From positions 82,586,001-82,650,000 of the forward strand of contig NW_024704743.1 in the NCBI RefSeq assembly GCF_018977255.1: a stretch of DNA of 64,000 nt, in the 5' to 3' direction. A program made the position numbers and the translations under genes. Numbering within the stretch: position 1 is the first letter of the stretch; every line of letters begins with the position of its first letter. This document shows, in pieces, positions 13,101 to 26,816 of the stretch. The DNA comes from Callorhinchus milii (taxonomy: Eukaryota). The notes below the pieces were generated by a model. It worked only from the letters and a program-made list of their open reading frames with translations. It was not told the origin of the DNA and did not search any database.

Positions 13101-13631
13101 AATTATACAGTGCTCCCCATGGCTGCACTGGCAATGTGTGGACTGTAACCCTTTTCACAAAAGGATTAATGCAATCCAGCCTTAAAGGATTGTGCTTGAA
13201 GGCAGTAACACATAAAGGGGTTGAGATGGGGCCTTTAACTGAAATAACAAAACAATATTGATATCAACTCAGGCCCAGGGTGTGGAAACATCAGACAGAG
13301 TGTTTGATTTGTATATACAGTACATATTCCTCATCAAACCTGCTGACCTGTTTGCCTTTTCATGGTGTTGAGACCAAGAGGGATTTGTTTGCTCTGAGTC
13401 TTCTCAATAGGGTTGTACAATATTCTTCCACTGGGCCGGATGTACACTACACCAAGGTTGCTAGTCAGCCAGAGGTCTAATGAGCTCCCACCTTTTTAAA
13501 AAAATTACATGTTTTTCAGCTGAATGCCTGAAGCTAAAGATAATTTGGCACCCTTTCAGAGAAGACCATCATGGTCAGTCCTTTATGCCACAATTATTGA
13601 TTTGTTCGACAATGTTAATGACGGTGTAGAG

Positions 13632-14375
13632 GAGCGTGGTCCAACAGGTGGCCCATGGGCTGCATCCAGTCCAGGGATGATTTTATGCCAACATTTCATC
13701 TTCCGCTCTGTCCCTCTCTGTTGAACGTCCTCCTATGGCAGCGGCAGGAGTCGGCGGTTGGGAGGACGCACTGTGGAGAGTTGAAATAATACCCGCCGTT
13801 ACTGCAGTCTGTCAGGAAGGCAAGCGTGGCTCTTACCAACCGCATCCTTAGCAACCGCTGGCTCCTGCTGCAGATACAACAACAACAACTTGCATTTATA
13901 TAGCACCCTTCACACAGTAAAGCGTCCTGGAACACTTCCCGAAGAGATAATGATTGCCACTTGGCTGATTGGGAAAGAAAGGGATTGAGAGTGGTGGAGG
14001 GAGAGGGAGAGAGGGTGGGGGGAGAGAAAGAGGGAGGTAGCGGGAGAAAGCGTTGGACATAGAGAGGAGAAAGGAGGGGGCGCGAAGGAGGTTGGGGGAG
14101 AGAAAAGAAGAGAGAGAGTGTGTGTGAGAAAGAAGGGGTAGAGAGAGAGGTGGGGGGGAGAGGAGAAGAGTGTCCCTTATGCCCCCTCCCTCCCCCTGTC
14201 CTCCCTCCCTCCCTCCCCCTGTTCCCCCACTCCCCCCACCACAGTTGCAATGTTTTAAATGGTCTTGGGCCAGATGCGGCCCGTGGGCTGCCAGCTGGGT
14301 CACGATGGATGTGGCCCGTGGACCTTCTCAAATAGGGAATCCAGCCTGCGGCTGCCACAAGGTTGGACCACCCTG
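13632..14375. mobile_element. Non-autonomous hAT element with a nested L2 tail
   Basis: 14-bp TIRs gagcgtggtccaac / gttggaccaccctg; 8-bp flanks gtgtagag / gtgtgcag (6 of 8 match). L2 tail at about 13875-13945. Confidence 0.7.
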
Positions 14376-14639
14376 GTGTGCAGGATGCACGGAACTCTGT
14401 TTGTTTTGAATACTCTTAAGCAATGGTGAAGGGTTTCCACATGTGTCAGATACCTGGCTAACCAAAAACAAATTTATTCAAAGGGAAAAACTGCTTCCAA
14501 CTATTCTCTCTTTCAGTGTATATTTGTTTGCACTGATCAGGTGCTGTTTGTCCATTTGATAGCGAGCTAACCACGACACAGACATGGCTTGCAGTTTCCT
14601 CACAGAAAGCTCCCTCTTATCCCAGTGAGAAACCCTAAG

Positions 14640-14900
14640 ACCATCATTCCCCTCCCCTTCCCCACCGTACTCCACCCCTTTGATTTGCGTCATTAACACC
14701 TCTTTAACCCATCATCCTCTGTCTTCTACTCCATTTTCTCCTTTGTCTTCCTTGCCCTGCCTCTCCTCTCTCTGTTAGCCCTTAAAAGTCTCTCGCTCTC
14801 AACATGCCCCAGTTCTGACAAAGGGTCGTGGATCCGAAATGTTGACTTTCCTTTCTCCATAGAGTTGCTGAGTGTACCCAGCTACTTCTGATTTTGTTTC
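14640..14900 (+). mobile_element. Penelope-like element terminal relic
   Basis: Pyrimidine-rich segment, then agttctgacaaagggtc..gatccgaaatgttgact..tctccatagagttgctgagt..ccagc, resembling the common chondrichthyan PLE end as I recall it. Confidence 0.65.
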
Positions 14901-15339
14901 AAGACCTAACTCTTTGATAGCGCTTTCAGTCATCATTTCCCCTCCCCAGGCGCTAACCCCCAGCTTGGATGCCCAGTTGGCAGTGTTGAGCATTTTGAGA
15001 CATCCCTCTGATGTGAAAAAGGTGCTGTGTAAATGTTGTTATGTTTCTGGAAGGGAAACACAAAGATTTTGCTTATGCGGCCCACGGACCTTTCCCAAAT
15101 AAGGCATCCGGCCCTCGGCAGCCAAAAGGTTGGACTGTCCTGGCCTAGTCCATGAAGTCCCAATGTAGAGTTTGAACTCTCCAGACACAGAGACAAGAAT
15201 GCTACCAACTAAGCAAGCATGATTTCTAAGTAATAAAAATACTAACATCTCATTGTTAAGTTGCAGTTGAAAACTGAATCAAGATGGTTCATACAGTTCA
15301 AGCTATTAAATAATACATCATATGGCCTTTTTACATTTT

Positions 15340-18220
15340 GTGGTATGGATCATTGCACAGGCGTCACTCATTACACCCGCATCACTCTCTCCTCCCTCTC
15401 CTCCCTCCAGCAAACCCACCCGCATTTCCCTCCAAAATGTCCGTTCCCTCTCAAACAAAGCCCTCACCATCCATGACCTCATCCTGGACGAGCACCTTTT
15501 CATTCTTGGGTTCGCAGACACCTGGCTCTCCCGCAGTGACCCCATCCCCAAATTGAAGCCTCCCCTCCAGGCTACACCTTCTACCACACCCCCCCGTCCA
15601 AACCAACATGACGGCGGTGTGGCCCTCATTTCCAAAGCCTCCCTTGGTCTTAACCCTTACTTCTCTGGCTGCTTCCCCTCCTTCGAGCATCTCACCCTCT
15701 TCCATCCCTCTCTCCCACTGAAAATCCTCCTTGTCTACCACCCCCTAAGCCCCCTGGCTACTTCCACACAGACATCTCTACTCTCCTCTCTTCCCTGTCC
15801 CTCTGCTCGAAACGCCTGCTCATAATGGGCGATTTGAACCTCCACCTAAACTCCATGCACTACTTCTGCCGACTTCGCTGCCCTCCTCCCTAAACCCCAC
15901 CCTTCACATAAATTCACCCACCCACAACCGTGGTCATGCCCTTGACCTCGTTATCACCCACGGCCTTGAACTTTCCAACCTGAGCATAGTGGACAAGGCC
16001 ATCTCGGACCACTTCCTCATCTCCTTCTCCTCTCACATCCCTCTCTTCTCCACCAAGCCCTCAACCATTCTCTACCGCCCATGGAAAAGGCTATCCCCTG
16101 AGACCCTCACAAAGACCCTCGCATCATCAAATATCCTATCCCTCTGGTCTTCCACCCGCGGAGATCCTGAAGCAGCCATCCAGCTGCTCCATGATCACCT
16201 CTCCTCCACCTTCAACTCCCTCGTCCCCCGAAATCCAGGACCATCTCCAAACCTACCCGATCCCCCTGGTACAACAAACATCTCCGCTGCCTAAAAACTC
16301 AAACCTGGCTGCTTGAGCGCAGATGGTGGAAAACTGCCCTGACAGTTCACTGCCAACTGTGGGTCAAGCATCTCAGCAGCTACCGCTGTTCTTTGACATG
16401 CGCAAAAGCGGCCTTCTACTCCAACATCATCTTGGAGGCTAAAAACAATCCTAAAATCCCTTTTTACACCACCCACTACCTCCTCCTTGCCCCCCTCAGG
16501 CCTCCTCAATCTTCATATCCAATGCCAAGTGCGAGGAGGTCATGGACTTCTTTTCATCTAAAATACACAACATCCACCAGGCAGCCTCATCCACCTGCCT
16601 CTTGTCACCCACCACCATGCCCTCCCTCTCCATCCCCTTCACCTTCCCCATCATCATCTCCTACCACGACCCCCATCCTACATTCCTTCCTCCCCATCTC
16701 TCCCTCCTCCCTCTCACCCACCATTACCTCTATGAAACCCAGCACCTGCTGCCTTGACCCCCTCCCCATCAACTTGCTGGTCACCCAGCTTCTCCTCCTT
16801 GGCCCATTACTGGCTTATGTTATCAACCAGTCCCTCTCCTCCGGATCAGTCCCTACCCCCTCAAAACTGCTGTCATCACCCCCCTCAAAAAACCTTCCCT
16901 AGGTCCCTCAAACCCCAGCCACTACCGCCCTATTTTGAACCTGCCCTTCCTTGCAAAATCCTAGAATGCGTTGTTTCAAATCAACTCCACACACACCTCT
17001 CCTTCCACTCCCTCTTCGAACTCCTCCAGTCCACAGTACAGAGACTGCGCTTGTGAAAGTCACAAATGACATCCTCTCTATCTGTGACCAGGGCTCCCTC
17101 TGCTTCCTTGTCCTCCTGGACCTCTCCGCTGGGTTCGACACAGTCGATCACTCCATCCTCCTCCACCGCCTTTCCTCTGCCATTCACCTCAGTGGGATCG
17201 CACTCGCCTGGATCGAGTCCTACCTCACAAACCGCCAGCAGTACATCTGCACAAACGGCTTTTCTTCCCGCCCTCACCCGGTTACCTGTGGGGTAGCCCA
17301 AGGATCCATTCTTGGCCCCCTCCTCTTTCTGATCTACACGCTCCCTCTTGGGGATGTCATCCGCAGACATGGGGTTCAGCTGAATTCAGCTGAACATTGA
17401 CAAGACGTAAGCCATACTGTTTGGCTCTCGTCAACATCTAAAATCTCACAGTTCTCACTTCCTCCAACTACCCGACCTCCCCTTAAAACTCTCCGAACCC
17501 GTACGCAACCTAGGAATCAGGTTCGACCCCCAATTATCCTTCCTCCCCCACATCCGGTCCCTCACCAGCACCGCTTTCTTCCACCTCCAACACATTACTC
17601 ATATCCGCCAACACCTCTCTCCGAAAGCCACTGAAACCCTGATCTATGCCTTTGTCACCTCTCGGCTGGACAATTCAAACGCCCTCCTCGCCGGCCTCCC
17701 CTCCACTACCATCCATAAATTCCTGATTATAGAAAACTCTGCCGCCCGCATTCTCACTCGCACCAAACTACGCTCCCCGATTACCCCAGTCCTTGCCAGA
17801 CTGCACTGGCTGCCTGTCCCAGAGAGGATCGACTCAAGATCCTCATCTTTGTCATCAAATTCCTCCACTCCTCTGCACCCCCCTACTTCTCTGACCTCCT
17901 GTTTCCTCAAAACAGTGCCCGTTGCCTTCGTTCCACCGGGTCTGGCCTCCTCCTTGTCTCCCAAGTCCTCCGCTCCACCCTCGGCGGCTGTGCCTTCAGC
18001 CACTATGCCCCAAGGCTCTGAAACTCCCTTCCTCACTCCCTTCGCCTCGCACCTTCTCTTCCTATTTTCAGATCTCGGCTGAAGACCTTTCTTTTCAACC
18101 ACGCCTTTGGTCACCTTCCTCCCCCTCCCCCCAGCTCGGCCCTGGGTTCCGTTACTGTGAAGTGCTCTGAGACGCTGCCCGGCATGGAGGGTGCTATATA
18201 AATCCAGGTTGTTGTTGTTG
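15340..18220 (+). mobile_element. L2-clade LINE, near-complete ORF2, inactivated
   Basis: APE motifs (LQNVRSL, GGVALI, GDLN, SDHFLI), RT motifs (STETALVKVTNDI, LLDLSAGFDTVDH, QGSILGPLLF), LHWLP region and tail gtgctatataaatccag(gtt)n. Many frameshifts; the YADD block is deleted. Confidence 0.92.
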
Positions 18221-18589
18221 TACACAGTGCAATATTAGTGTCCGGATATAATACAGTATTGTACAATCAATGCACAATATGGGGCTATTTTCCACTTTTT
18301 TTAATGCTTTTTTTCTCTCAAAATCACCAACCTGTTTCAACCCATTCATCATGGGACATACAGTATAAAATAAAACATAACGTATTACACGTTACACATA
18401 GTATTAAGCATTATAATATTCCTTTTTAGCTTTTCTCGTTATTTTTTTAAAAAAAATTAAAATAAATTTTAAAATTTAACTTAAAACTAATTTGTTCTCC
18501 CTGTAGTCTCATTTCGTACAGCTGGAGTCTTAAATACAACTGAGCCACGTACAATACCAACAATGACAACTCCAAAACAGTGTTTTGGA

Positions 18590-19330
18590 GCGCTGATCAA
18601 TGGTGGAATTTGAGGCCGAGCTGAGGAGAAAGACAAAGTGACTGTAGACCAAAGTCTTCAGGTGCGATCTGAAGATGGGTAGAAGGGCAAGATGGAGAGA
18701 TTGAGGCAGGGAATTCCAAAGGTTTGGGGCATAGTCAGTAAAGCAGAATGGAGAGATTGGGGAAGTGCAGAAGCTCAAGCCAGCCACTAAAAGGGGTGAG
18801 TAGAGGATGGGATGTGAGCAGGTTGGAGAGATAGGAGGTGCCGGGGTATGAAGTGATTTGTAGTGAGTGTAAGGATTTTGAAATTGATCCATTTACAACA
18901 AATACAACTCACATTTATATACATCAACAACAACTTGCATTTATATAGTGCCCTTTATATGGGTCAGCATCTCAGCAGTGTTTAACATTGGTGGAGCCTT
19001 AAGCCAAGCTGCGGAGAGGGCTGAAGTGACCATAAGCATGATTGAAGAGGAAGGTCTTCAGATGCTACCTGAAAACTGGCAAGGAGAGGGGTAAGGTGAG
19101 TGATTGAGGCAGAGACTTCCATAGTTTTGGGCGTAGTGGCTGGTGCATGACCAGAGTGGAAGGGGTGTGCAGTTGGCCAGAGCCAAGTGAGCGAAGGGGG
19201 CGGCTTGAGAAATGGGGTGCAAGCAAGGGTTGGGAGAGGAGGTACAGAGAAGAGGTAGGGAATTAAGTGATTTGTATGCAAATGCGAGAACTTGCAATAG
19301 AGGGTGGAGCCTGGCAAGGTCTGGAGTGAT
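18590..19330 (-). mobile_element. Two degraded L2 3' fragments
   Basis: Reverse-complement L2 tail acaacaacaacttgcatttatatag at about 18925 and LWNSLP-type sequence. Confidence 0.7.
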
Positions 19331-21466
19331 GGTGGTTTGCAGTTTGGTGTGGGTTTGATAAAACATTTTCACATGAAATAAATGTCTCACAATGCTCTAT
19401 AGAATTAGATTAATTGTAAAGAAAGTGAATCTTTATGTTGGTAAATACAACAGTGAAATTTAATAAACAATGCCCTACACACACCAGGATGAGCAGCCAA
19501 TTACTCTGAATTTGGGTTGAATTTATACAATAACAACTTGCATTTATATATCGGCCTGATGGGTAGTATGATGGGTAGTATCTTGGGGGTTTATAGGAGA
19601 AGGATATCAATATAGAACTGGAAGATCCCAGGTTCAATTCTCTCTGTGTGATGTTAGCTGAGGCAGCAGGAGCCCTCATGCTAGTGATCACAGTTGGAGT
19701 CAGTGCTGTGTTAGTGATCATGATTGGGTCCGTGCTGTGCTAGTGATCACAATTGGTGTCAGTACTGGGTTAGGAACTAGAAAATCTGCCAGGATTCTCA
19801 CCTTTTCTTGTTATCCATGCGGCAAAGAGTAAGAGAACAGAGAGAGCTGCTGGATTAACCAATTAATCTGGTTTAACCAATTAAAATAGTGTTGTGGAGC
19901 ATTGGTAATCTGCTTGTCCAGTTTAGATCAAAACTAAATTTAAGAAGTGCCACATCTGCAATGAAAGGATGGAAGGAGTTAAAGTATCATAACAGGCCAC
20001 ATGAAGTACCTGATAAAGTAGATATCACTGTATGTAAAACTTGAATAAAACCAAGCAAAAAAATCCCTCTTTCGGCTTGAAAACATACATTGCATCCGCC
20101 TTCAAAACATACCCTTAACACAGCAATCTTTTTGACTGCGTTTTGACCATCTTCCCTTCTCCCCTCACAGAATCCCTTTCCCACAGCTGGCTGCGTGAGG
20201 CACTTTGAGATGTCCTCCTGACATGAAAGGTGTTACCTAAACCTGAAATGTAACTTAAGATGGTGTTGAGACTGCAGTATTCAGAGCACCTGCTCTAATG
20301 TGTGCCTCAATGTTTCCCTCAAACAGCTGCTGGAGTTTCATCACAGGCCGTCTCCAGCTTTTCCCGGAATCCAAACACTTCAAACCAGCTTTATTTACTG
20401 ACCACAGCTGAACCCATTAACATTTCAGTATAATTCGTGACTTTGCCTTAAAAAAATTCAGTTAACAGCATTTCTTTAAAAACTGTGATTTGAACCCCGT
20501 TTGTGATTTTGTGCTTTCAGAACTATTCCAGTTCTTCCATTCTTGCGAAGACATTTTCACTGCTGTTCTGCCTTCAGTGCATTGACCACTGCCCTAAAGT
20601 CCACAAAGATTCAAGATTTACACCAATCCTATGGAAAAGGTGTTTTGTGGCAAGTACTTATTTTGGGACCAGGCAGGAACCACTCTTAGAAGCTTGAAAA
20701 AATATCAGCATGAGGAATCCTGGAATCCATGCGGAAACCTATCACCATGCTTTAGAGTATCCAAACCACCTGAGAGTTTCACATATGTGTGTCACCTACA
20801 AATGGAAAGTTCCCTGTGTCTTGACTGGAGTGGTACTTCTGAGAGACTGCCTCAAACAAGGATCAGGAAATGCCACAAGCATTGACGCTGTGCACAGTCA
20901 GTACCAAGGGCACAGACCTAACTCAGCATACAGTGCTCCTCAATAGAGGCAGCTTCTCTAAGGCAGCAGAGAGTGCAAGCATAAAATTCCTCTGTTCATT
21001 AAAAACAGGTCGAAAATGTTTAGCAAACCTTCTGCAGTAATGCCAGGAAATCACATGAGTGCCTGACATTCCTGTGAGAAATCCGATTTAATTGAGATCA
21101 AGGAAATCAATGCAAAGTATGATGGCATTTTCATGCTGGTAAAATATTTCAATGATCAAAGTCTTAGGACTATTATTTTTTACACCCAGTTCATCACAGA
21201 TCTGACCGAGCACTAGGTCTCTAAAGCATACATTATTCAGCCTGGCACCAGATGCTTGTTTTCATACTCAGGTGTCTGCCACATGATGACTGCTAAACAT
21301 AGTACTGTAATATTTTTGTTCCTTACTTTTAATGGGCTCTTCCATGCTAAACAAGTATCAAAGAGATTACTATTTAAGCAATCAGCACACGATAGCCCCA
21401 GAGTCCTGCAATTGTTCATCTTACCAGAAAAGATATTGGAGGCCAGGACATAAGACTCATTAAAAG

Positions 21467-21889
21467 TGGCCAGGCTCCACTGGCTCCCCATCACCAAACG
21501 GATCGACTTCAAGATCCTCACACTCACGTACAAATCCATTCACTCTTGGCACCTCCCCACCTCTCCAATCTCCTCACTCCCCATTCCGCCACCTAGTGTC
21601 CCCACTCTATTGGCACCAGCCTCCTACCTATCCCTTGGACCCTCCGCTCCAACATTGGAGGTTGCGCTTTCAGCCACTATGGCCCGAAACTGTGGAACCC
21701 TCTCCCTTAATCCCTCCCCCTTGCCCCCTCTCTCCCCTTTTTCAAGCCCAGCCTGAAAACCTTCTTTTTCGACCATGCTTATGGTCACCACCCCCCCACA
21801 CTGACTCTGAGTCAGGCTCCAGCACTGTCAAGTGCTCACAGATGCTACCCTGCATAGAGGGCGATATATAAGTGCAAGTTGTTGTTGTT
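21467..21889 (+). mobile_element. L2 3' fragment
   Basis: ARLHWLPITKRIDFKILT plus L2 tail. Confidence 0.85.
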
Positions 21890-22563
21890 TTAAAAAAAGC
21901 AGCTTGATGCAGTGATGGGGGAGATGGGTAGGGGGTATGTTTTGGAGTGATGAAATTGAATAGGCTGAAGGACCATCTTCATCCAGACCAATCTTGTGAA
22001 CTTATGCTTTCTCTGACAGAGTCCCATTTCCTGTTCTTCTCTCAGATGTCATCCTGACAAACAGATGAATTGGGCACTCGCCCAATGACTATTGAAGGAA
22101 CCTTGCCGGTGAAAATGGCAACTGTGTTTGCCAACAAGAATAGTAAGCACACTTGACAATAATTACCTGTGAAGTGTTTTTGAGGTGCTTTTAACATGCA
22201 AGATAAGGTGCTATTAATGTACTCTGTTTCTAATTCTCATTCTCTAATCTTTAGTTACTCCTTTCTTTTTTTTAACACAGAAAGAGGCCACTTGCCCCAT
22301 CTTGCAACAATCATTCTCTCCACACTATGAACAACTATGAACAAAATGCACTGAGGCCCAGCAAACAAAGGGAGACTCTTGATTGTTTCAATATTAAATA
22401 CCCCTACATAATAATAGTAATCTTTACATTTCATACAGCTCCTTGTGCTTCACAGAATTCACTGTAAAGGTAGTGACTGTATTTTGTAGGTGAATGATAA
22501 AATTAGATTGTTTGATACTAACTCAGGCCTGTGCTTTGTGCATTTTGATCAATTCTGAATTTA

Positions 22564-22951
22564 TTCCTCCGGCTCCGGTCTGCTCCACGTCCCCCGCCCC
22601 AACCGCCCTACCATCGGTGGTCGGGCCTTCAGCCTCTCAGCCCCCAGGCTCTGGAACTCTATCCCCCAGTGCCTTCGCCTTGCTTCCTCCCTCTCCTCCT
22701 TCAAGGCCGGTCTCAAAACGTTTCTCTTTGACCGAGCCTTCAGCTCCCCTCTCGACTCTCTTCCCCCTTCTCGCTCCCTCCCTTCCCTCCCCTCACCCTG
22801 ACCATTTCCCCCCTCCTCGCTCCCTCCCTTCCCTCCCCTCACCCTGACCATTTCCCCCCTGCTCGGGTCATGACCCAACTGTGCAGCGCCTTGGGACGTC
22901 CTCCTGACGTGAAAGGCGCTTTATAAATGGAATCTTGTTGTTGTTGTTGTT
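22564..22951 (+). mobile_element. 5'-truncated young L2, same subfamily as 62-629
   Basis: Near-identical to about 193-629, including the (TGT)n tail. Confidence 0.88.
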
Positions 22952-25284
22952 AACTAATTGCTGGAACTGCCTATTTGTTTTGTCATTGCTCCAAAGCAGA
23001 AGATTCCAAGATCATAACCTGAAAACCAATCAACTAGATCAGGGATTGAGAATTGTCAAGATTGATAACCAGTATCAGTAATTTTTGTGTTAGTTTATAG
23101 GAAACATTTTCTCCAAAGTCTTTCCAGTTATTGTATAAACTGTACTTAATGGGGAAGTAGCTAGGAATGTGATTGATGGTGAACGGTTTAACATTAATAC
23201 AAGGGGAAATGAGTCAAAGGTGTAAGCAGACAAGAAAAAGTTGTCTTTAAATCCAAACAAATGGTTGGATGATTATTGAATCCAATGCTTGTTTGGGTCA
23301 TTTAAGCTTCCCAGTTCCAACCTGTCTAATTGTTGCTCACAGCTCATTCCTCCAACATTGGGCATCATCCTTGTTGCTCTCCTCTGCACTGCTAAAAGGG
23401 TCTGGGAAGTCCCCCTAATGGCAGGGTGACCAGACCTCCATGTAGTACTCAAGATGTGGCCTGACCAGACAACAATACAGTTTGGCTATGACTTCTGGGG
23501 ATCTAAGTCTTGACCTGTTAATGGGGGCAGAGGCTTAGTGTTTAAGGCTTTTTTGTCTTAATATTTAAGATTGTGCAGAATTATGGAAACTTTTTAAATT
23601 GTTTTGGAAACCAGTTATTTTTAAAAACTGCAGAAACTCTGGGATTCATGGGATTTTTTTCTTACTTTGGGACTAGCCAGATGGCCTGCAATGGTCCTTT
23701 CCAGTCTGGTTCATTCCTATGTTTCGATATTTCCAGCAGGAACCTTGGCTAAAATGTTTTTCCTCTCCTTACCTCAGAGATGCTGGTGAGCATTCCTAGT
23801 GTCACTCTGGTTCAAATTGTTGACTCAAGTATGGACCAGATATTAGACCCGCTCCACTCCTGTTTGCGTCACTCAGCAGCACGTCATGGGGTGTGTTTAC
23901 TCACTGAGCCACTGATGGAAACCCTTAGCATTTCTGATCAGTTGTTTCTCAGAAGTCATTTCAACGTTCTCTTCTGATGTAATGAATACTTATATTAAAA
24001 AAAGCAAATTCCGATAGTCCAGTTAGAACATCCAATGCTGTCCTTGTCCTTTTATTAAAGGATCAATTATGTTTAATTTAAAATATTTAAAGAAAAGGAC
24101 AGACAAATTATCAGCTCTGCTGTTATGGACTAGAATTGCTGTTGTAGTTTTTATTTTCCAAATGACATTAGCACAGGATTGTTGATTCAGTTGTTTTCTT
24201 ATTCGGCAGGCATTTTGTTATTTGACTTCTGTGAAGCCAGGGAAATGTTTTTACGGGATTCTGTTTCTAGGTGAGGCAATTAGTGGGAAGGCAGCTGTAA
24301 AAATACCAAAGTCCTCAGTGCTGTCACCTGTTCCTGTACATCTCAGTCCTTGTGCCTTTGCCTTTTTGCTTGTTGCGTGATTTTAGTTGGAAAATTAGGA
24401 GCAAGTGCAATCTGCCCACTTATAAACAAATCTTCAATCACAAGGTCTGAAACATTACCACTTGCTTCCAAAAATAGGTACAAAAAAAGTTCCTTGCCTC
24501 TCCCCCTTCTTCCTGATACCAGGCCTGTCATTGCTATGATTTCCGTCAATGCAGGTATCCATGATCTGTCCTGACCTACTGGAGTCAAATTGCAATGGAC
24601 TGTCACAAGACAAGCACACAGTCTCACCCTGTGACCTGCTCCTGCAGAAGAGAGTTAAATAAATGTGAAAGTTAGACAGATAGTAGAGGGAGTAGGAAAG
24701 GTATTAACAGGTATGGCAAAAGGCTGGGGGTGTTGGGATTAAAACATTTGATAAGTTCAAATAAACTGGCTCAATGCTTTGAATGGCCTCCTCCTGTTGC
24801 TGTTATATGATTTTTTAAAAAATCAACTTTGCTTATTATATAATTGCCATTCAAGACAGAACCAAACTTGCTTTTAATAATAAATACTGTAGATTTGAAA
24901 ACTGATTCTTACATGTTGCTAGTCAAGAAAACAAGAGAGAGGTTGAGATGAAAGAGACTCTTTGGCCTATTTAATCTCCCCATCCTACCTCTTCAACCTC
25001 CTTTAACCCTACCAACCTGACCCCTGATCCCTGGTTGCTCACCACCCTGCTTCATTCCCTGCTCTATCCACCCCACTATCAGTGGCTGGGCTTTCAGCCA
25101 TTCTGCCCCTGCTCTTTGGACCTCCGTCATGGAGTCCCTCTTACTCACTCCTTCCCTCACCTTGTTTGTCTCTAGGACTGTGCTTTTGGTTATCTTTACA
25201 CTCCATATCCCTTCAGTTTCCAACCCTAACTTGGATGCCCACAATAAGGGAGCCTTTGCCCCCATCAAAAGGTCAAGGAGGTAA

Positions 25285-25860
25285 TGGAAGAGAGTAAAGT
25301 AACAATCCCATAAATCTGGGTATAAAAATGGACAGCAGGTCACCCCCAAGCTACTCTGATGCCTGTTCTCAAGTTGCATTCCTGCCCCTTTAAGCGAAGA
25401 AATGGTGTGCAGCCGGAGAAACAGGAAGGGAAGCCTCAGGAATGAGAATGGGACATTGATTTCATAGCTGGTGGAGAAGAATATGAGGAAGGCCGCAGAC
25501 ACAATGCGGGATTTACAAAACAAGCTTAAACACCGAAGACAATGGGGTAGCTAGATCTTAAATACATGACGGCAGGAACATCAATGTCGTGGCCAGGGAG
25601 TATCTAGCAAGCTAGAGTGGATATCGTTATTCATTAAGACAGGAGATTGTCAAAGATTGATCTAGAAACACACAATTGAATCATTTATTGAATTCATTAT
25701 TTATTTATTTTGTAATTTTCTTCCATTCTCCTTTCACAGAATGTCTTGGGTCCCACACCAGTTCCTGGTTTGAAGGAGAAGTAGGCACTTTGAACTGCTG
25801 GGAAGGGCATCAGTGCAGTCTGGGAGTGACTCACTGTCTGATTTTTCCTTCTTGTGGGAA
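25285..25860. mobile_element. Degenerate TIR element, possibly Harbinger-derived
   Basis: Diverged inverted arms at about 25285-25380 and 25790-25860 (gtcacccccaagctactctgatgcc / ggcatcagtgcagtctgggagtgac). The interior has a faint Myb/SANT-like reading. Confidence 0.45.
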
Positions 25861-26816
25861 ACACGTGACCTCTGCTTAGTGGCATGCCAGAGAACATGAC
25901 TAAGACCAGGAGCTCAGCCTATGGGAATAACAGTATCCCAATGCGCAGTGTCCCGTGGGAGTGCACTGTTGAGAAAGGAAAACAAAATAGAACTTAAAAA
26001 CTTTCAGTCAAGTAATAGATAGTCCTGAAAGAAGTGCTGAGAAAGACAAGTCTCTGCCTGTGTTAATGTGGTTGTCTGGATGGGTGGGTGTCTGGCTGGC
26101 GACTGGCACATGACTCAACAGTGGTAGAACTCGTTCTGCTGAACCTACTGATCCTGAGTTTCAGCTTCTGAACTCAGAGTAGTCCTGAGTATTAACTTGG
26201 CTGTTATGTTAAAAGTCAAGTTGTTTCATAACCATTGAACTGCAATTTGAAATTTAGCAGACATTGCAGTGTGACTAACAGTTTACAAACAGTACATTTT
26301 AACTGTTATTTTAAAGCTGATCTGTCACAGGATGAGTTGTATCTTGAAAGCACGGGATGCTCAAAACAAGTTAAGCCTGCTGTAGAGTAAGGGATATTTA
26401 GAGCTATAAAAACAAGCTGCAAACTTCTGCTTTGGGACGTCCTCCCAACATGAAAGGCGCTAGATAAATGTAAATGTTTTGTTATTGCTTTGTAACCAAA
26501 GGCAAGCCGCCAGGTTAAGCTCAATGTTTAAAGGGAGATTGGCTCATTCTTTTTCACATAGTTTTCTGGTTTTATTTGGTACAAATTTTATCCAGGCGAT
26601 ACTGCATTTTGAATAATATGTGTTTTGAGCCCCCAAAAGCAATCGAGGCCCAATAACAATGAACATGCAATAACCATAGAGGCCCAATAATGATGGACAC
26701 ACAATAACAACAACAATGGCATCTTCTGTTTATATATCTTCAAAAACTTTCCTTTGGTGCAGTAACATGTAATTGTCATTGGTTCTGCTCTGCTGAAGGT
26801 GCATTTAAAACCTCAA

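Noticed and set aside
19681..19770. Three ~30-bp tandem units, superficially array-like
   Set aside because: Head-to-tail duplication inside a SINE with no spacers; not CRISPR.
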